Below are positions 12,381 through 23,389 of a DNA stretch of 64,000 nt, in pieces (within the stretch, counting starts at the first letter, position 1; every line of letters begins with the position of its first letter). This DNA is from an uncultured Holophagales bacterium (GTDB lineage: Bacteria; Acidobacteriota; Thermoanaerobaculia; Multivoradales; UBA5704): assembly GCA_963842525.1 (NCBI GenBank), contig CAWJGT010000001.1, forward strand, positions 608,001-672,000. Reading direction: 5' to 3'. The position numbers and the translations under genes were made by a program. Under the pieces are notes generated by a model. It saw only the letters and a program-made list of their open reading frames with translations. It ran no database searches and was not told the origin of the DNA.

Positions 12381-13653
12381 ATGCTGACCCGCAGACTGTT
12401 CCTGAAGGCCGGCGGCATCGCCCTGTTCACCTTGGGCACGGGGCGGGCCCGGCTTCCTGACCCGCGCCGCCCTGGCCGCCGCGGGACCGGCTCCCCATCG
12501 CGCCGGCGCAAGGTCCTGGTCACCATCTTCCAGCGCGGCGCCATGGACGGCCTCGCGGCCGTGCCGCCTCTCGCGACGAGGCGGCCCTCCGCACCCTGCG
12601 GCCGCGCCTCGCCATGAGCGCGGCCCGCCGGCCGGCGACGAGGCGCTGCTCGACCTCGGAGCCGGCTTCGGCCTCCACCCCGCGTTCGCAGCCGCTGCTG
12701 CCGCTGTGGAAGGAGCAGCCGCCTGGCCATCGTCCACGCCGTGGGCTCGCCCGACCCGACCCGCTCGCACTTCGACGCCCAGGACTTCATGGAGACCGGC
12801 ACGCCGGGCCGCAAGGGCACGCCCTACGGCTGGCTCAACCGCGCCGTGGGCCTCCTGGGCCAGCGACGGCCGCCCTTTCCGGGCCGTGGCCCTGACCCCC
12901 GCCCTGCCGCGCTCCCTCTACGGCGACGCAGCCGGCGCTCGCGGTCACCAACCTCGCCGACTTCAGGGTCCGGCTGCCCGGCGCCGACAGCACGGCCGCC
13001 GCCGCCGGCCAGGGCTTCGAGGCCCTCTACGACCAGACCTCGGAGCGGTCCTGCGCGACACCGGGGGCGAGACCTTCCAGGCCGTCCACATGCTCACCCC
13101 CGAGGCATCGACCGCTACCGGCCGGCGGACGGCGCGCGAGTACCCGCAGACGCCCGCTGGGCAACGCCCTGCGGCAGATCGCCATCCTGGTCAAGTCCGA
13201 CGTCGGCCTCGAGGTCGCCTTCGCCGAGTCCGGCGGCTGGGACACCCACGTCCAGCAAGGCACCGTCTCGGCAGCTTCACCCGCCAGGCCCGCGACCTCG
13301 CCGGGTCGATCCACGCCTTCTGGACCGACCTCGGCCCCGCGTACCAGGACCAGGTCCTGCTCACCACCATGACCGAGTTCGGCCGCACCGTGCGCGAGAA
13401 CGGCTCGGGCGGCACCGACCACGGCCACGGCTCCTGCCTCTTCGTGCTCGGCAACAAGGTGGACGGCGGCAAGGTCCACGGCACCTTCCCCGGCCTGGAC
13501 CGCGGCGCCCTCTACGAGGGGCGCGACCTGCCGGTGACCACCGACTTCCGCGCCGTCTTCTGCGAGCTGGCCGGCAAGCACCTGGGCGTCAAGGACGACG
13601 CCAAGCTCTTCCCGGGATGGACGGGCGGGCGCCTGCCGTTGATCAAGACGTAG
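12381..13653 (+). CDS. DUF1501 domain protein (Tat signal), frameshifted
   Basis: TRRLFLK, IFQRGAMDGL, RSHFDAQ, GGWDTH, TEFGRTVRENGSGGTDHG. Confidence 0.9.
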
Positions 13654-13683
13654 GGCCGCCCGGACATGAATCGCCGGGCGACC
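13654..13683. repeat. Palindromic repeat family B, single unit
   Basis: CGCCCGGACATGAATCGCCGGGCG, matching units at about 33705 and 40106. Confidence 0.6.
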
Positions 13684-13695
13684 TACAATCACGGC

Positions 13696-14693
13696 ATGAA
13701 GCTCGCCCTCCTGGCCCTGCTCGCCGCCGTCTCCCTGGGCTGCTTTTCCGGAGAAGCCGCACCGGTGCCCGCTCCAGCCGCCGTGGCCGGCGACATCTGT
13801 AAGCCGCTGATGGCTTCGCCGCAGCCGGTCTCTCCTCCTGCCATCCCAGGGGTCCAGCGGGTGCGCATCCTCGCCTTCGGCGACTTCGGCACCGGTGGCC
13901 GTTCCCGAGAGACGTGGCCCGCGCCATGGCCGAGGTGGACCGCCGCTCGCCCTTCGACCTCGGGATCACCCTGGGGGACAACTTCTACGAAAGAGGGCTG
14001 AACAGCCCGATCCACCCGCGGTGGCGGACCAACTGGGAGGCCCTGTACAACGGGCTCGGCATCCGGATCTACGCCGTCCTGGGCAACCACGACTACTACG
14101 ATTCCGCGAGCCCGCCGGCCGAGATGGCCCGCTCGCGTCTGAGCCGGACCTGGTGCCTGCCGCGCCCCTACTACACCTTCCGGGCCGGCCCGGTGCAGCT
14201 CTTCGCCGTCGACACCGACCCGATCGCGCGAGGGGACGCCTCGGTCGAAGAGCAGCTCTCCTGGCTCGACGGTGCTCTCGCCGCGAGCCGCGCCCCCTGG
14301 AAGATGGTCTACGGCCATCACCCCATCTACACGAACGGAGAGCACGGCGGGGACCTGGGATACATCCCGCCGCTCCGCCAAGAGCTCCTCCCGCTTCTCG
14401 CGAAGCACAAGGTGGACGTCTACCTGGCCGGCCACGACCACGACCTGGAGATCCTGAAGCCGGACGAGGGAGTGCGTTTCCTGGTCTCCGGCGGAGGCGG
14501 CAAGGGCGTTCGTCCTCTGCGGACCAGGGCCTGCCGCGACTGGGCCGCGAGCCGCCTGGGTTTCACCGTGCTGGACGCCGGCAGGCAGGACCTGACCGCC
14601 ACCTTCTACGGAACCAACGGCGAGCAGCTCCACGAGGTCCGGCTGCGCAAAGGCCAGACGGTTCCGGACTGCCGGAGGCCCGGCCCCCCATAG
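13696..14693 (+). CDS. Secreted calcineurin-like metallophosphoesterase (purple acid phosphatase type), one frameshift
   Basis: Lipobox SLGC; motifs GDFG, GDNFY, GNHD, GHHP, GHDH. Confidence 0.9.
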
Positions 14694-14842
14694 CCCTCAC
14701 CCCCCTGGCCCCCCTCTCTCCCAGCCGCACTCCCCAACCCCCGGGAGAGGGGGGAAGAGGCACGACGAGGGAGTTTTTGGGTGGGGGCTCCCCTCTCCCG
14801 GTGGTCGGGAGGGCGGTTGGGAGAGGGGTCGGGGGTGAGGGG
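14694..14842. repeat. Family A inverted pair, intergenic
   Basis: Two inverted units directly after the phosphatase stop. Confidence 0.85.
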
Positions 14843-14950
14843 CCAGGCTCGCGTAGGACTTTCGAGACACCCTCAGAGGTGCCCATAGACTTTTGTATAC
14901 TCCACCAGTTTCACCCGCTGACCGCTCTTCCGTTATCCTTCGAAGGTCCC

Positions 14951-17840
14951 ATGCCGTCTTTCACGCACCTAGAGTTCCATCGAACGGGTATCGGCCTCGT
15001 GCCGGAGGGCGGCGAGCGACACCGCCATCTACGTCGCCCAGGTGCCCGGCAGCCGCAGGCCCTGCGGTCCTGCACCTGCAGGCGAGCAAGAAGAAGACGT
15101 GTGACCACCTGAAGGACCTCTCCCGGGCGGTCGCCGAGGTCGAGAAGGCCTTCGCTGCGCGGGGTGGGAGGCGCCTTCGAGGCGTCCGTCTGGTACCGGC
15201 TGGCGCGGCTGCTGTTCGAGGGCAATCCGCAGCCTCGGCCAAGGTGCGGGTGCTGCGCCTGGCGCGCGACGGCGGAGCCTCATCCGCGTCACCTCGCCGG
15301 CGGCGACGAGCTGGCGGAGATCTCGACACCTCGGCGCGCGGTCCGGTTCCTCGAGCGGACCGGCAAGGCCGCGCTCGGGGCAGGCGTCTTCGACCGCGCC
15401 GGCCTGCTCGAGCGGCTGGCCCTGTTCCAGGCCACCGAGCAGGAGCGCCTGCTCCACAAGGCCGGGATGAAGACGCAGCGCCAGAGCTGGGAGGAGAGCT
15501 TCTGGCACCGCCTCGCCTATCACTGCGTGCGCGAGATGGAGGAGGGAGACCGGGAGCTTCCACCCCGCCATCGACGAGGCGGGCGGCGGGTTCACCTTCA
15601 CCTATCCGGCGCGGCAGCGAGCCGGTCGTCGTTCGCCGTGCCGCGCGACCGCGTGCGGGCGGCGCTGCAGCTCCTCGCCGAGGAATATCCGGAGCAGGAG
15701 GACCTGGCCTCCGGCCCATCCCCCTGAAATCGATCTTCCGCGTCACCCAGGAGACCGAGCTGGACCTGGAGGTGCGGCCGGTCATCCGCGCCCTCCAGGC
15801 GAACGGCGAGGAGCGTTTCCTCGAGTGGCCGACGTCGAGAAGTTTCGCTACGGCAACCTGATCTACATCAAGGATCTCGGGTGCTGGCCGAGCTGGAGCG
15901 CGAGGGCAAGGAGCGCAAGTTCAAGGCGCCGGTCAGCATGAAGCTGCAGCGCAGCCAGGTGCCGAGCTTCCTGGCCGAGCACGCGGAGGCCCTGGGCGAG
16001 GGGCTGCTGGTGCTCGACGAGCCGCTGCGCGACCGGCGGGTCTTCGAGGGCTCGACCGGATCGAGATCTCCGCCGTCGATTTCGAGGAGGCGCTGGAGCG
16101 GAGCTGGTACTGGCTGGCTATCGAGTACGGTTTCGGCAGCCATGTGGTGTCGCTCGCCGAGATCCTCGCGGCGCGCAAGGCGGGCTCCCCTACCTGGAGG
16201 CGGCGGGCGGATGGATCGACCTGAACGCGCCGGCTTTCCGCGACCTGGACGGGCTCCTGGAGCGGCCGCGGGGAGCGCGTCCGGCTGTCGGCTAGCGAGC
16301 TGCTGCGTCTCCAGGCCAGGGCGAGGCGCCGGTGTCGCGGTCGGCGGCGAGGGCGCGGCGCTCCTCGGCCGCCTCCTCGAGCTGCGGCCGGCCGCGCCGT
16401 TCCGCCGACGCGGGATCGCCACGGCGCTGCGGACCTATCAGCGGATCGGCGTCGACTGGCTGCTCTTCCTCTGGGAGAACCGGCTCGGCGGCCTGCTCTG
16501 CGACGACATGGGCCTCGGCAAGACTCTGCAGGTGCTCGCCCTGATGGTCACCCTGCTCGAGGGGGGGAAGGGGCCGAGCCCTTCCTGGTGGCCTGCCCCA
16601 CGAGCGTCCTTCCCCATTGGCGGAACCAGATCCGCCGGCACGCTCCGGGGCTCCGGCCGATCGTCCACCATGGCCCGCAGCGGCGGCTGCCGGAAAGCTG
16701 CGGCGGGCGACGTGCTGCTAACCTCCTACGGCGTGCTGCGCCGCGACGCCGAGGCGCTCTCCGCGATCCCCTTCTCGCTGGCCGTTTTCGACGAGGCCCA
16801 GAACCTCAAGAACCGGGGAACGCAGGCCTGGCAGGCGGCCGACCACCTGGTGGCGGACGTAAAGCTGGGCCTGACCGGCACGCCGATCGAGAACTCGCTC
16901 GGCGAGCTCAAGGCGCTGTTCGATCTCGTCCTCCCCGGCTATCTGGGAACCGACGAGGGCTTCGAGGATCGCTATGTCCGGATCGAAGGAGCCCGCCGAA
17001 GCTGGGACCGCATCCGGATGGAGGACGCACCGCGCGAGCTGCGGCGGGTGATCTCCCCCTTCATGCTGCGGCGTCTGAAGTCGTCGGTGCTCGACGAGCT
17101 GCCGGAGAAGATCGAGGACGTCCGCACCTGCGCGCTGTCGGACGATCAGGTCCGGCTCTACCGCGACGCCGTCGGGGCCGGGGGCCGAGCTGGCCCGGCA
17201 GATCGAGGCGGCGACGGACGGGCCCCTCCCCTACATCCACGTCTTCGCCCTGCTCAGCCTGCTCAAGAAGATCTGCGACCATCCCGCTCTGGCCATGGGC
17301 GACCTCGACCGGGCCGCGAGCTCGCCTCGGGCAAGTGGGACCTCTACCAGGAGATCCTCCCCGAGTGCCTGGACAGCGGCCAGAAGGTGGTGGTCTTCAC
17401 CCAGTTCCTGGGCATGATCGAGCTGATGGACCGCCACCTCCAAGGGCTCGGCATTGGCTTCGTCAAGCTGACCGGAGACGACGAAGCGCGGCGAGATCGT
17501 CGACCGTTTCAATCACGATCCGGATTGCCGGGTCTTCCTCGGCAGCCTGAAGGCCGGTGGCACGGGCATCGACCTGGTGGGCGGCTCGGCCGTGATCCAC
17601 TACGACCGCTGGTGGAACGCGGCGCGGGAGGACCAGGCGACCGACCGCGTCTACCGATTCGGCCAGAAGCGGGCCGTGCAGGTCTTCAAGCTGGTCACCG
17701 AGGGGACCCTCGAAGAGAAGATCGCCGCCATCATCGAAAAGAAGCGCCAGGTGATGGCGAGCGTCGTCCAGGAGGACGCGCCCGAGCTGGCCAAGATCTT
17801 CACCCGCGAGGAGCTGCTCGACATGCTGCGAGGGCAGTGA
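14951..17840 (+). CDS. SNF2-family helicase with N-terminal SWIM-like Zn finger, frameshifted
   Basis: CTC...CDH; LCDDMGLGKT, FDEAQ, LTGTP, WNAAREDQATDRVYRFGQ. Confidence 0.9.
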
Positions 17841-17893
17841 GACCCTCCCCCTGGGACCGCGGGCGTCCCGCCCGCCTGGTAGAAATAGGTACC

Positions 17894-17951
17894 CAGATAG
17901 ATTATCTGCATCTCTAGGGGTGTTGACACGAACAATGCGGCGTGCCATGAT
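17894..17951 (+). promoter_or_regulatory. Sigma70-type promoter with upstream operator-like palindrome
   Basis: TTGACA (17923)-17 bp-CATGAT with TG extension; CAGATA-gat-TATCTG at 17894-17908. Confidence 0.65.
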
Positions 17952-18071
17952 CCAACCATCGCAATTCTGCTTCCAACATAGATGTAAAGGAAACAGAGGA
18001 GCGAGGTATGAGCCGGTATCCATTCCGATGCCGGTTTCCTCTCCGGAACGGAGAGAAAGGAGAAAGCAGTC

Positions 18072-18477
18072 ATGCCCAAGGCGAAGCGTTATCTGAATCG
18101 CGTCAACGGATGGGATCAGACCGCGGCCGCCGTCGAGGCCAACGCGGCCGACCTCCCGCACATGGAGGCGCACCGTGTCCAGCTCGTGGCCTTCAGCCAG
18201 GAAGCCAAGAGCCTGACCCTCCAGCAGGCGGACCTTCGCAGCCAGCAAGCAGGAGATCACCCGCAGGCTGCAGAAGGTGATGAAGGACGGGGACGCGCTG
18301 ATGGACTTCCTGCTGACCGGAGTCCGCCAGCACTACGGCAAGGAGAGTGAGAAGATGACCGAGTTCGGGCAGCAGCCGTTCCGCGGCCGGGCCACCAGCG
18401 GCAAGCGGAAAGCGAAGCCGGACCCGGAGCCGCAGACCTCTTCGAGCTCGACCCCTACCCCTGACGCCGTGAAGTAG
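18072..18477 (+). CDS. Small helical hypothetical protein (~134 aa), one frameshift near 18240
   Basis: AAGGAG RBS; ORFs 18072-18350 and 18277-18477 join into one protein ending in a basic/Pro-rich tail. Confidence 0.75.
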
Positions 18478-18488
18478 CCTGCCGTCTC

Positions 18489-18519
18489 GGGGGCGTGCTG
18501 CCAACACGCCCCCTCTTTT
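18489..18519 (+). terminator. Intrinsic terminator
   Basis: GGGGGCGTG / CACGCCCCC stem followed by TCTTTT. Confidence 0.75.
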
Positions 18520-18620
18520 CCCCTCTCTCGACAGCGCGGATCCCTGGCCCTCTCTCGTCCCGACCGCGCGGATCGTCCCGCTGCCACTCTTCGCCAGTGC
18601 CATGGTCCGCGCTCCGGCTC

Positions 18621-18999
18621 ACGTTGTCCGCGGTCAACATCCCATGGACTCGAGTCCATGCTCCAGGGACCGCGGTCCGCAAGCCGTGTCCTACAGTCCA
18701 TGCTTGAAGGACCCGAGTCAACGCCCCGTGTCCTTTAGTCCATGCTTGAAGGAGCGCGGTCCGCGTGCCATTTCCTTTAGTCCATGCTTGAGGGCACTCG
18801 AGTCAACGAGCCGCGTCCTTTAGTCCATGCTTGAAGGACCCGCGCTCCGCGCCTCATGGCCTTTAGAACCTGCTTGAGGGACCCGAGTCAATGAGCCGTT
18901 TCCTACAGGCCGTGCTTGAAGGACCGCGGTCCGCGAGCCGCGTCCTTTAGTCCATGCTTGAGGGACCGCGGTCCATGGGACGTGAACTGCGGACAACGT
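18621..18999. repeat. 42-bp tandem array (8 units) bounded by 30-bp imperfect inverted repeats
   Basis: AGTCCATGCTTGA-type units start at 18653, 18695, 18737, 18779, 18822, 18865, 18907 and 18949; IRs at 18621-18650 and 18970-18999. Confidence 0.9.
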
Positions 19000-19022
19000 C
19001 ACGGCTGAGGAGGGGCATCTGC

Positions 19023-19360
19023 CTACCGATGAAGAGCGATTCCGTCCGAGGGAAAGCGGCGGTCAAAGGAATAGACCCCCTCCGCATCGCGCTCCCGAGC
19101 TTGCGCCCAGATCAGGACATCCGCGAAGGAGTTGCGTTTCGAATTGCGGCAGAGAATGAAAGCCTGGGGAACACGGGGCTTGGAGACCGTGGCGAGCCGA
19201 AGGTTCTGCCGCTGGACCAGTTCCATCAAGATGTCCACGATGTCCGGACGCGACATCTTGTAGAACGAGCCGAGCACATAGGCAGTCTCCATCAGCACGA
19301 GCTCGCTCAGGAGCAGGGTTTCGTCGCTGTCGATGACCTGGGCCGCTCGTTCGGCCATGT
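19023..19360 (-). pseudogene. PIN-domain (VapC-like) toxin, 5'-truncated
   Basis: VLMETAYVL, SFADVLIWA, VYSFDRRF; the N-terminal DT/SN motif was not found. Confidence 0.7.
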
Positions 19361-19418
19361 TGCGACCCCGTACCTGTTGTGGTAGACAGTGACTGACAAT
19401 GACTCTCAGGAGATGTTC

Positions 19419-19646
19419 ATGCCTCAAGTCAGCGCCCGATTCCCTACAGAGCTCGTCGAAGAGATCGACCGGGCCGCGAGTCGATTCCACCGCACCCGTG
19501 CCGAGCTCATCCGGCAGGCCGTCGAGTACTACCTGGACGATGTTGAAGACCTCCAACTCGGTTTGGAGCGGCTCCAAGATCCGTCGGACCCGGTCTTGGA
19601 CTGGGAGGACGTGAAGCGTGAGCTACTCCATCAAGATCAAGGCTAG
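19419..19646 (+). CDS. CopG/RHH antitoxin (RelB-like)
   Basis: QVSARFP...RAELIRQAVEYYL ribbon-helix-helix; overlaps the downstream toxin. Confidence 0.85.
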   Translation: MPQVSARFPTELVEEIDRAASRFHRTRAELIRQAVEYYLDDVEDLQLGLERLQDPSDPVLDWEDVKRELLHQDQG

Positions 19647-19872
19647 CGCGGCCAAGTCGCTCAGCCGGATCCCCAAAGCCCACCAAACACGTTTGATCCA
19701 GGCCATCGACCGCCTGCGGAAGGAGCCACTCGCTGGAGGCACTCTCAAGGGAGAGTTTTCCGGGCTGCGGCGATTGCGCGTTGGCGACTACCGGATCGTG
19801 TACGAGGTGTTGCACGAGATGGTCACGGTTCTCGTCGTTCGGATTGGACATCGTCGTGACGTGTACCGCTGA
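19618..19872 (+). CDS. relE: RelE/ParE family toxin
   Basis: LRRLRVGDYRIVYEV...IGHRRDVYR. Confidence 0.92.
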   Translation: MSYSIKIKASAAKSLSRIPKAHQTRLIQAIDRLRKEPLAGGTLKGEFSGLRRLRVGDYRIVYEVLHEMVTVLVVRIGHRRDVYR

Positions 19873-19971
19873 TGCCAGCTCGAGCTATATCGGGCCTACA
19901 GCGAATTTCTGGGCGCCTTCGGGACGGCCCGCGGAGAAAACTCCGGCGGGGGGCCCCAGCCAGGCGCGAGA

Positions 19972-20220
19972 TCACTGCTCATACTGCTTGGTCAGGATCG
20001 CACCATCTCCAGGATCGATGACGTAGTGGGGTCCACCTCCCTGGAAATGGGGATCTTTGAGCTCGTAGTCCACGTGCCATCCGTCCCGCTCGAGAGAGAC
20101 GCTGGCACGATACGGAGAGAGGTCTCGATAGACTCGCTCGGCATCCAGGCGAGCGACCCTCAACGCCTGGTCGCTTGTGATGGACGGGACCGTAACTTCT
20201 GCGATCGTGCCGGGTGCCAT
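19972..20220 (-). CDS. Small hypothetical protein (PepSY / NTF2-immunity-like fold possible)
   Basis: DQALRVA helix, WHVDY, GGGPHYVIDPGDGAIL. Confidence 0.6.
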   Translation of the reverse strand: MAPGTIAEVTVPSITSDQALRVARLDAERVYRDLSPYRASVSLERDGWHVDYELKDPHFQGGGPHYVIDPGDGAILTKQYEQ

Positions 20221-20277
20221 AGGTGCGCTGATGAATGGGTGGCACCTATTCGGGCAACGTCACCCTGGGGCGGGGCT

Positions 20278-21259
20278 TCAATCTCCGAAGACGTCCCGGA
20301 GACGCTCGGCGGTCAAAACGCGGTCGCTCCATTCCAGCAGCCGATCCGCATCCGCGGAGCGCACCCGTTCATCGATCTCGGGGGCTAAAGGGCCGAATTT
20401 CAAGCGGAGCTGCCGGAGCAACATTCGGGCCTCTCCCTGCTGGAGCCCCTGCTGGAGTCCCTGCTGGAGTCCCTCTTCGAGACCCTCCTCGCGGATCTGA
20501 CGGTTCCACCGGTCGATGCTTTCTGCCAACATGGTTTCAAGCTCCTCTAAAGTCAGCGTGTCGGCGACCTCCGCCAGCGCAAGTCCGAATCGCGGCAGGA
20601 TGACCTTCTGCAGCCAGGTCTCGAACGCCCGCCGCAAGGAGGCCTCCTCCGGAGGGATGTTCCGCCGCAGCCGATGGACTCCGGTCAGAACATCCGCCCA
20701 ATCGCGGCTCTTCTCGATAAAGAACAGGTCGGCCGCCGGGCTCTTCAGCGATTCCAAAAACTGCCGGTCGTAGGCCGACTCATCCACCAGCCGGTAGCAC
20801 AACCGCGGCCGATAGATCTCCGCCGAGGGGTCCAGATCTCTGACCAGAGAGCCGAGGTCCGTGGCCACCCTCCACGGCTCGCCTCCATTGTAGACGAGGA
20901 CCGCAATGACCGGTGGCAGCTTCTTCCAGGCCACCGGTGGGAGATCGGCCAGCAGGGTCTGGTAGAGGAGGCCCTTATAGACTGTAAAGCGCACCGGCAT
21001 GGAGGGGTCCGGCCGCGACTGGAAGCTCGATGAGGACGTAGATCTCGGCCGGCTCCCCTCCGTCCTTGCGCCGAAACTTCCAGACGATGTCACTCTCGCG
21101 GTTCTCGTGCTCGTCGGAGACATAGGAAGAGCTGACCCGCTCGCCGGAGTCAAAGTCGATGAGCTCGACCCACGGCTCGTCCACGATCTTCTGGAGGAGA
21201 TCCTGGACCATGCGGCGGTGAGTGAAGAAGAGGCGATAGCTGAGGTCGTGTTGTCCCAT
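20278..21259 (-). CDS. Rpn/YhgA-like recombination-promoting nuclease with DUF4351-like tail, frameshift near 21025
   Basis: HDLSYRLFF, RESDIVW, LIE-FQS, PPVIAVLVYNG, GLQQG repeats, LLRQLRLKFG. Confidence 0.9.
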
Positions 21260-21326
21260 GATTTCTCGCGGGACTCTACCACCGATCACCCGAACGTAAG
21301 GCTTGTCCACCAAACGACCAATCCCT

Positions 21327-21440
21327 GCCTACCGATGAGGAGCCATTCGTCCGCAGGGAAGCCGGCGGTCAAAGGAATAGACCCCTCGGGCATCGCCCCA
21401 GCCTCCGAAGCCGGCGACCAGATCAGGACATCCGGGAGGA
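21327..21440 (-). pseudogene. Second, degraded copy of the PIN gene 3' end
   Basis: Aligns by eye to 19021-19130 (GCCTACCGATGA...GGCGGTCAAAGGAATAGACCCC...CAGATCAGGACATCCG). Confidence 0.75.
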
Positions 21441-22258
21441 TCCCCTGAGTCCCTCGGAAACAGCCTCCTCCCTAGGCCTTGCATGCTTCGTCTTCCGCCC
21501 CCTTGACCTCCGGGGTGAGAGGGCGCTCTGATGAGAACAGCCGAGGCTCCCCTTCAGAGAGCGGTTGTGCTCCGCAGTGGAAAGAATCTAATCTCCACGT
21601 GGTCACCTCGGCTCAACTGCGGACTTGCTAGTCGTATCCCGTTTTCAGCCCGAGAGCCTTAATTATTGAGCTTCTCTATGACAACCTGCCCTTTCTGTCC
21701 TCCACCAACGCCTCATGGCAGCACTCCTCAAGAAAGTATAACTCCGAGTGAGGCCAGGCGACCCCAAAGGTATGCGGTGAACAGGAGAGGCAACGGAGAG
21801 GGGCCTCTTCGCCGTCCCATCGCCTCGCCGGTCCTCGACGAGATCGCCCTGGCCTGGGGCTCGCCGGAGAGGTGGCGTAACCGCCGCCGGAGCGCACTCA
21901 CTCGGCTCCCATGACAAGGACGCGGCCATATTTCAATCTCTCGAAATACGTCCCGATCCGGTCTCGTGCGGTCAAGCCCAGTGGTTGGCTCGCCTGAAAT
22001 CTCCGCGCGTCGTTTTGCTGCAGGCTCGGCTCGCCTCTGCGGCCACATTTGTAAGAGCGGTCCACGAACAGGAAGGCGAGAATAGATTGTTAGCCTCCTG
22101 TGGATTAGCCTGCTGGGAGAGGTGCGAGAAATTGGGAGGACGTTTGTTGGTGCACCCTCCTAGGAAAGCCGGCAAGGTGGTTACGGCTTGTCTCGATTGA
22201 GTTGATCGTCCTGGGGGTCATCGGGCTGGCGGCTTCTCCTGACAGCAGGGGGATTCAC

Positions 22259-23370
22259 ATGCTCATTCCTTCGTCTTCATCAGTTACTCACATCTAGAGG
22301 ATGAATTTTTTGGCCTACTTCTGCATCTGATTTCGAAGGCATTGGCGTGTCGGTGTGGCGAGACCAAGAGGGAACCAAGCCAGGCACCCGCATCTTCTTC
22401 AAGCTCAGTCTGAGAACTGCATTACAGACAGCTCAATGATTTCCGCCATGTCTTTCTGGGAATTCACTTCTATCGAATTGGGGTGGTGCTGAGAATATCG
22501 AGCAGCTTACGTTCGCTTCCAGTCAAGAAGGAGCAAGCCTGGAACAACACCCGGACTGAGCAAGCCGGGGCCATAGTGCCGCCGCGGTTGTCGTCGGATA
22601 TCAAACAACACATCGATTTCACCGGCTCGCATCAGGTCGGTTTGAGGCAGCTTGCTGGCTCATTACTCCCGCAGAATACTAGTGATTGCGTGTTCGGAGG
22701 CAGCACGGGGATGGGATCTCGCGTTCAAAAGGCATTTCGGGCGGAAGAACTGAGACGAGGCTTTCCTTCTCTTGGTAATTCCAGGAAGTTATCGATATAT
22801 CGAGCGAAATATCCCGCCTGGGTCGCCCGACAGGATCGCCAGTTGGCCTCGATGCAGGCGTAGCCGGTGAGATGCCCTGAGAGGAGGTCAGGGGCAACGT
22901 ACATTTGGTCTATATATTAGAAGATAGTGATGGTCCTGATCGTGTCGTCGGCGAACCCGCTATGGGGCGTGGCACAGAATATCCGAAACCGGTTTGCGGT
23001 ACGTCCTACTGAGGCCTGAAGCGCTATTCGTTAGCAGACCGATGTCGTCTGGAAGTAAAGCAGACGCTTTGCAGGTATCTTTCTCCAGTTCATGAACGGT
23101 GTCCCGAGCTCAGGTGTCTGTTAGGCAGGCTCAGTCTTTACAGCATAGATCAGGTTGCTGATTTTGTCGCGCAGGGTACCGGCGTATCCATTCTTCCTGG
23201 TGCTATTGTAGAAGCTGATGCTGTAGCCCAAGGTAAGCTGTGGGCGGTGGAGTTACCGGGCGATTCAAGTCGCTCCTGGTACGGCCTATGGAATATAAAC
23301 CGCTGGTGAACGCTGGCAGCGGAGCACTTGGTAAGTCTGTTCAAAGACTTCGGCCTACGGCTTTCCTGCA
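22259..23370 (+). pseudogene. TIR domain followed by a LysR substrate-binding-like domain, heavily frameshifted
   Basis: FVFISYSH (22270), GIGVSVWRDQ and IVPPRLSSDIKQHIDF (TIR); MVLIVSSANPL and SIDQVADFVAQGTGVSILP...VAQGKLWAV (LysR PBP2). Confidence 0.6.
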
Positions 23371-23389
23371 CTGGGAGTTGGCGAGCCAG

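Noticed and set aside
2920-17840. Frameshifts as programmed or phase-variable events
   Set aside because: They are numerous, affect ordinary conserved genes and lack consistent slippery sites.
18653-18975. 42-bp array as a CRISPR or TIGR array
   Set aside because: The variable parts are short, related to each other and alternate rather than being unique spacers; no cas or Nop-domain gene is nearby.
20430-20490. 12-bp tandem repeats (CCCTGCTGGAG-type)
   Set aside because: They encode the ordinary GLQQ/GLEE repeats of Rpn C-termini.
21528-21590. CTGATGAG as a hammerhead ribozyme core
   Set aside because: No stem II closing onto a CGAAA and no compatible stems I/III were found.
21666-22200. 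Short ORFs at the left edge of the low-GC island
   Set aside because: No RBS or motif support that I could recognise.
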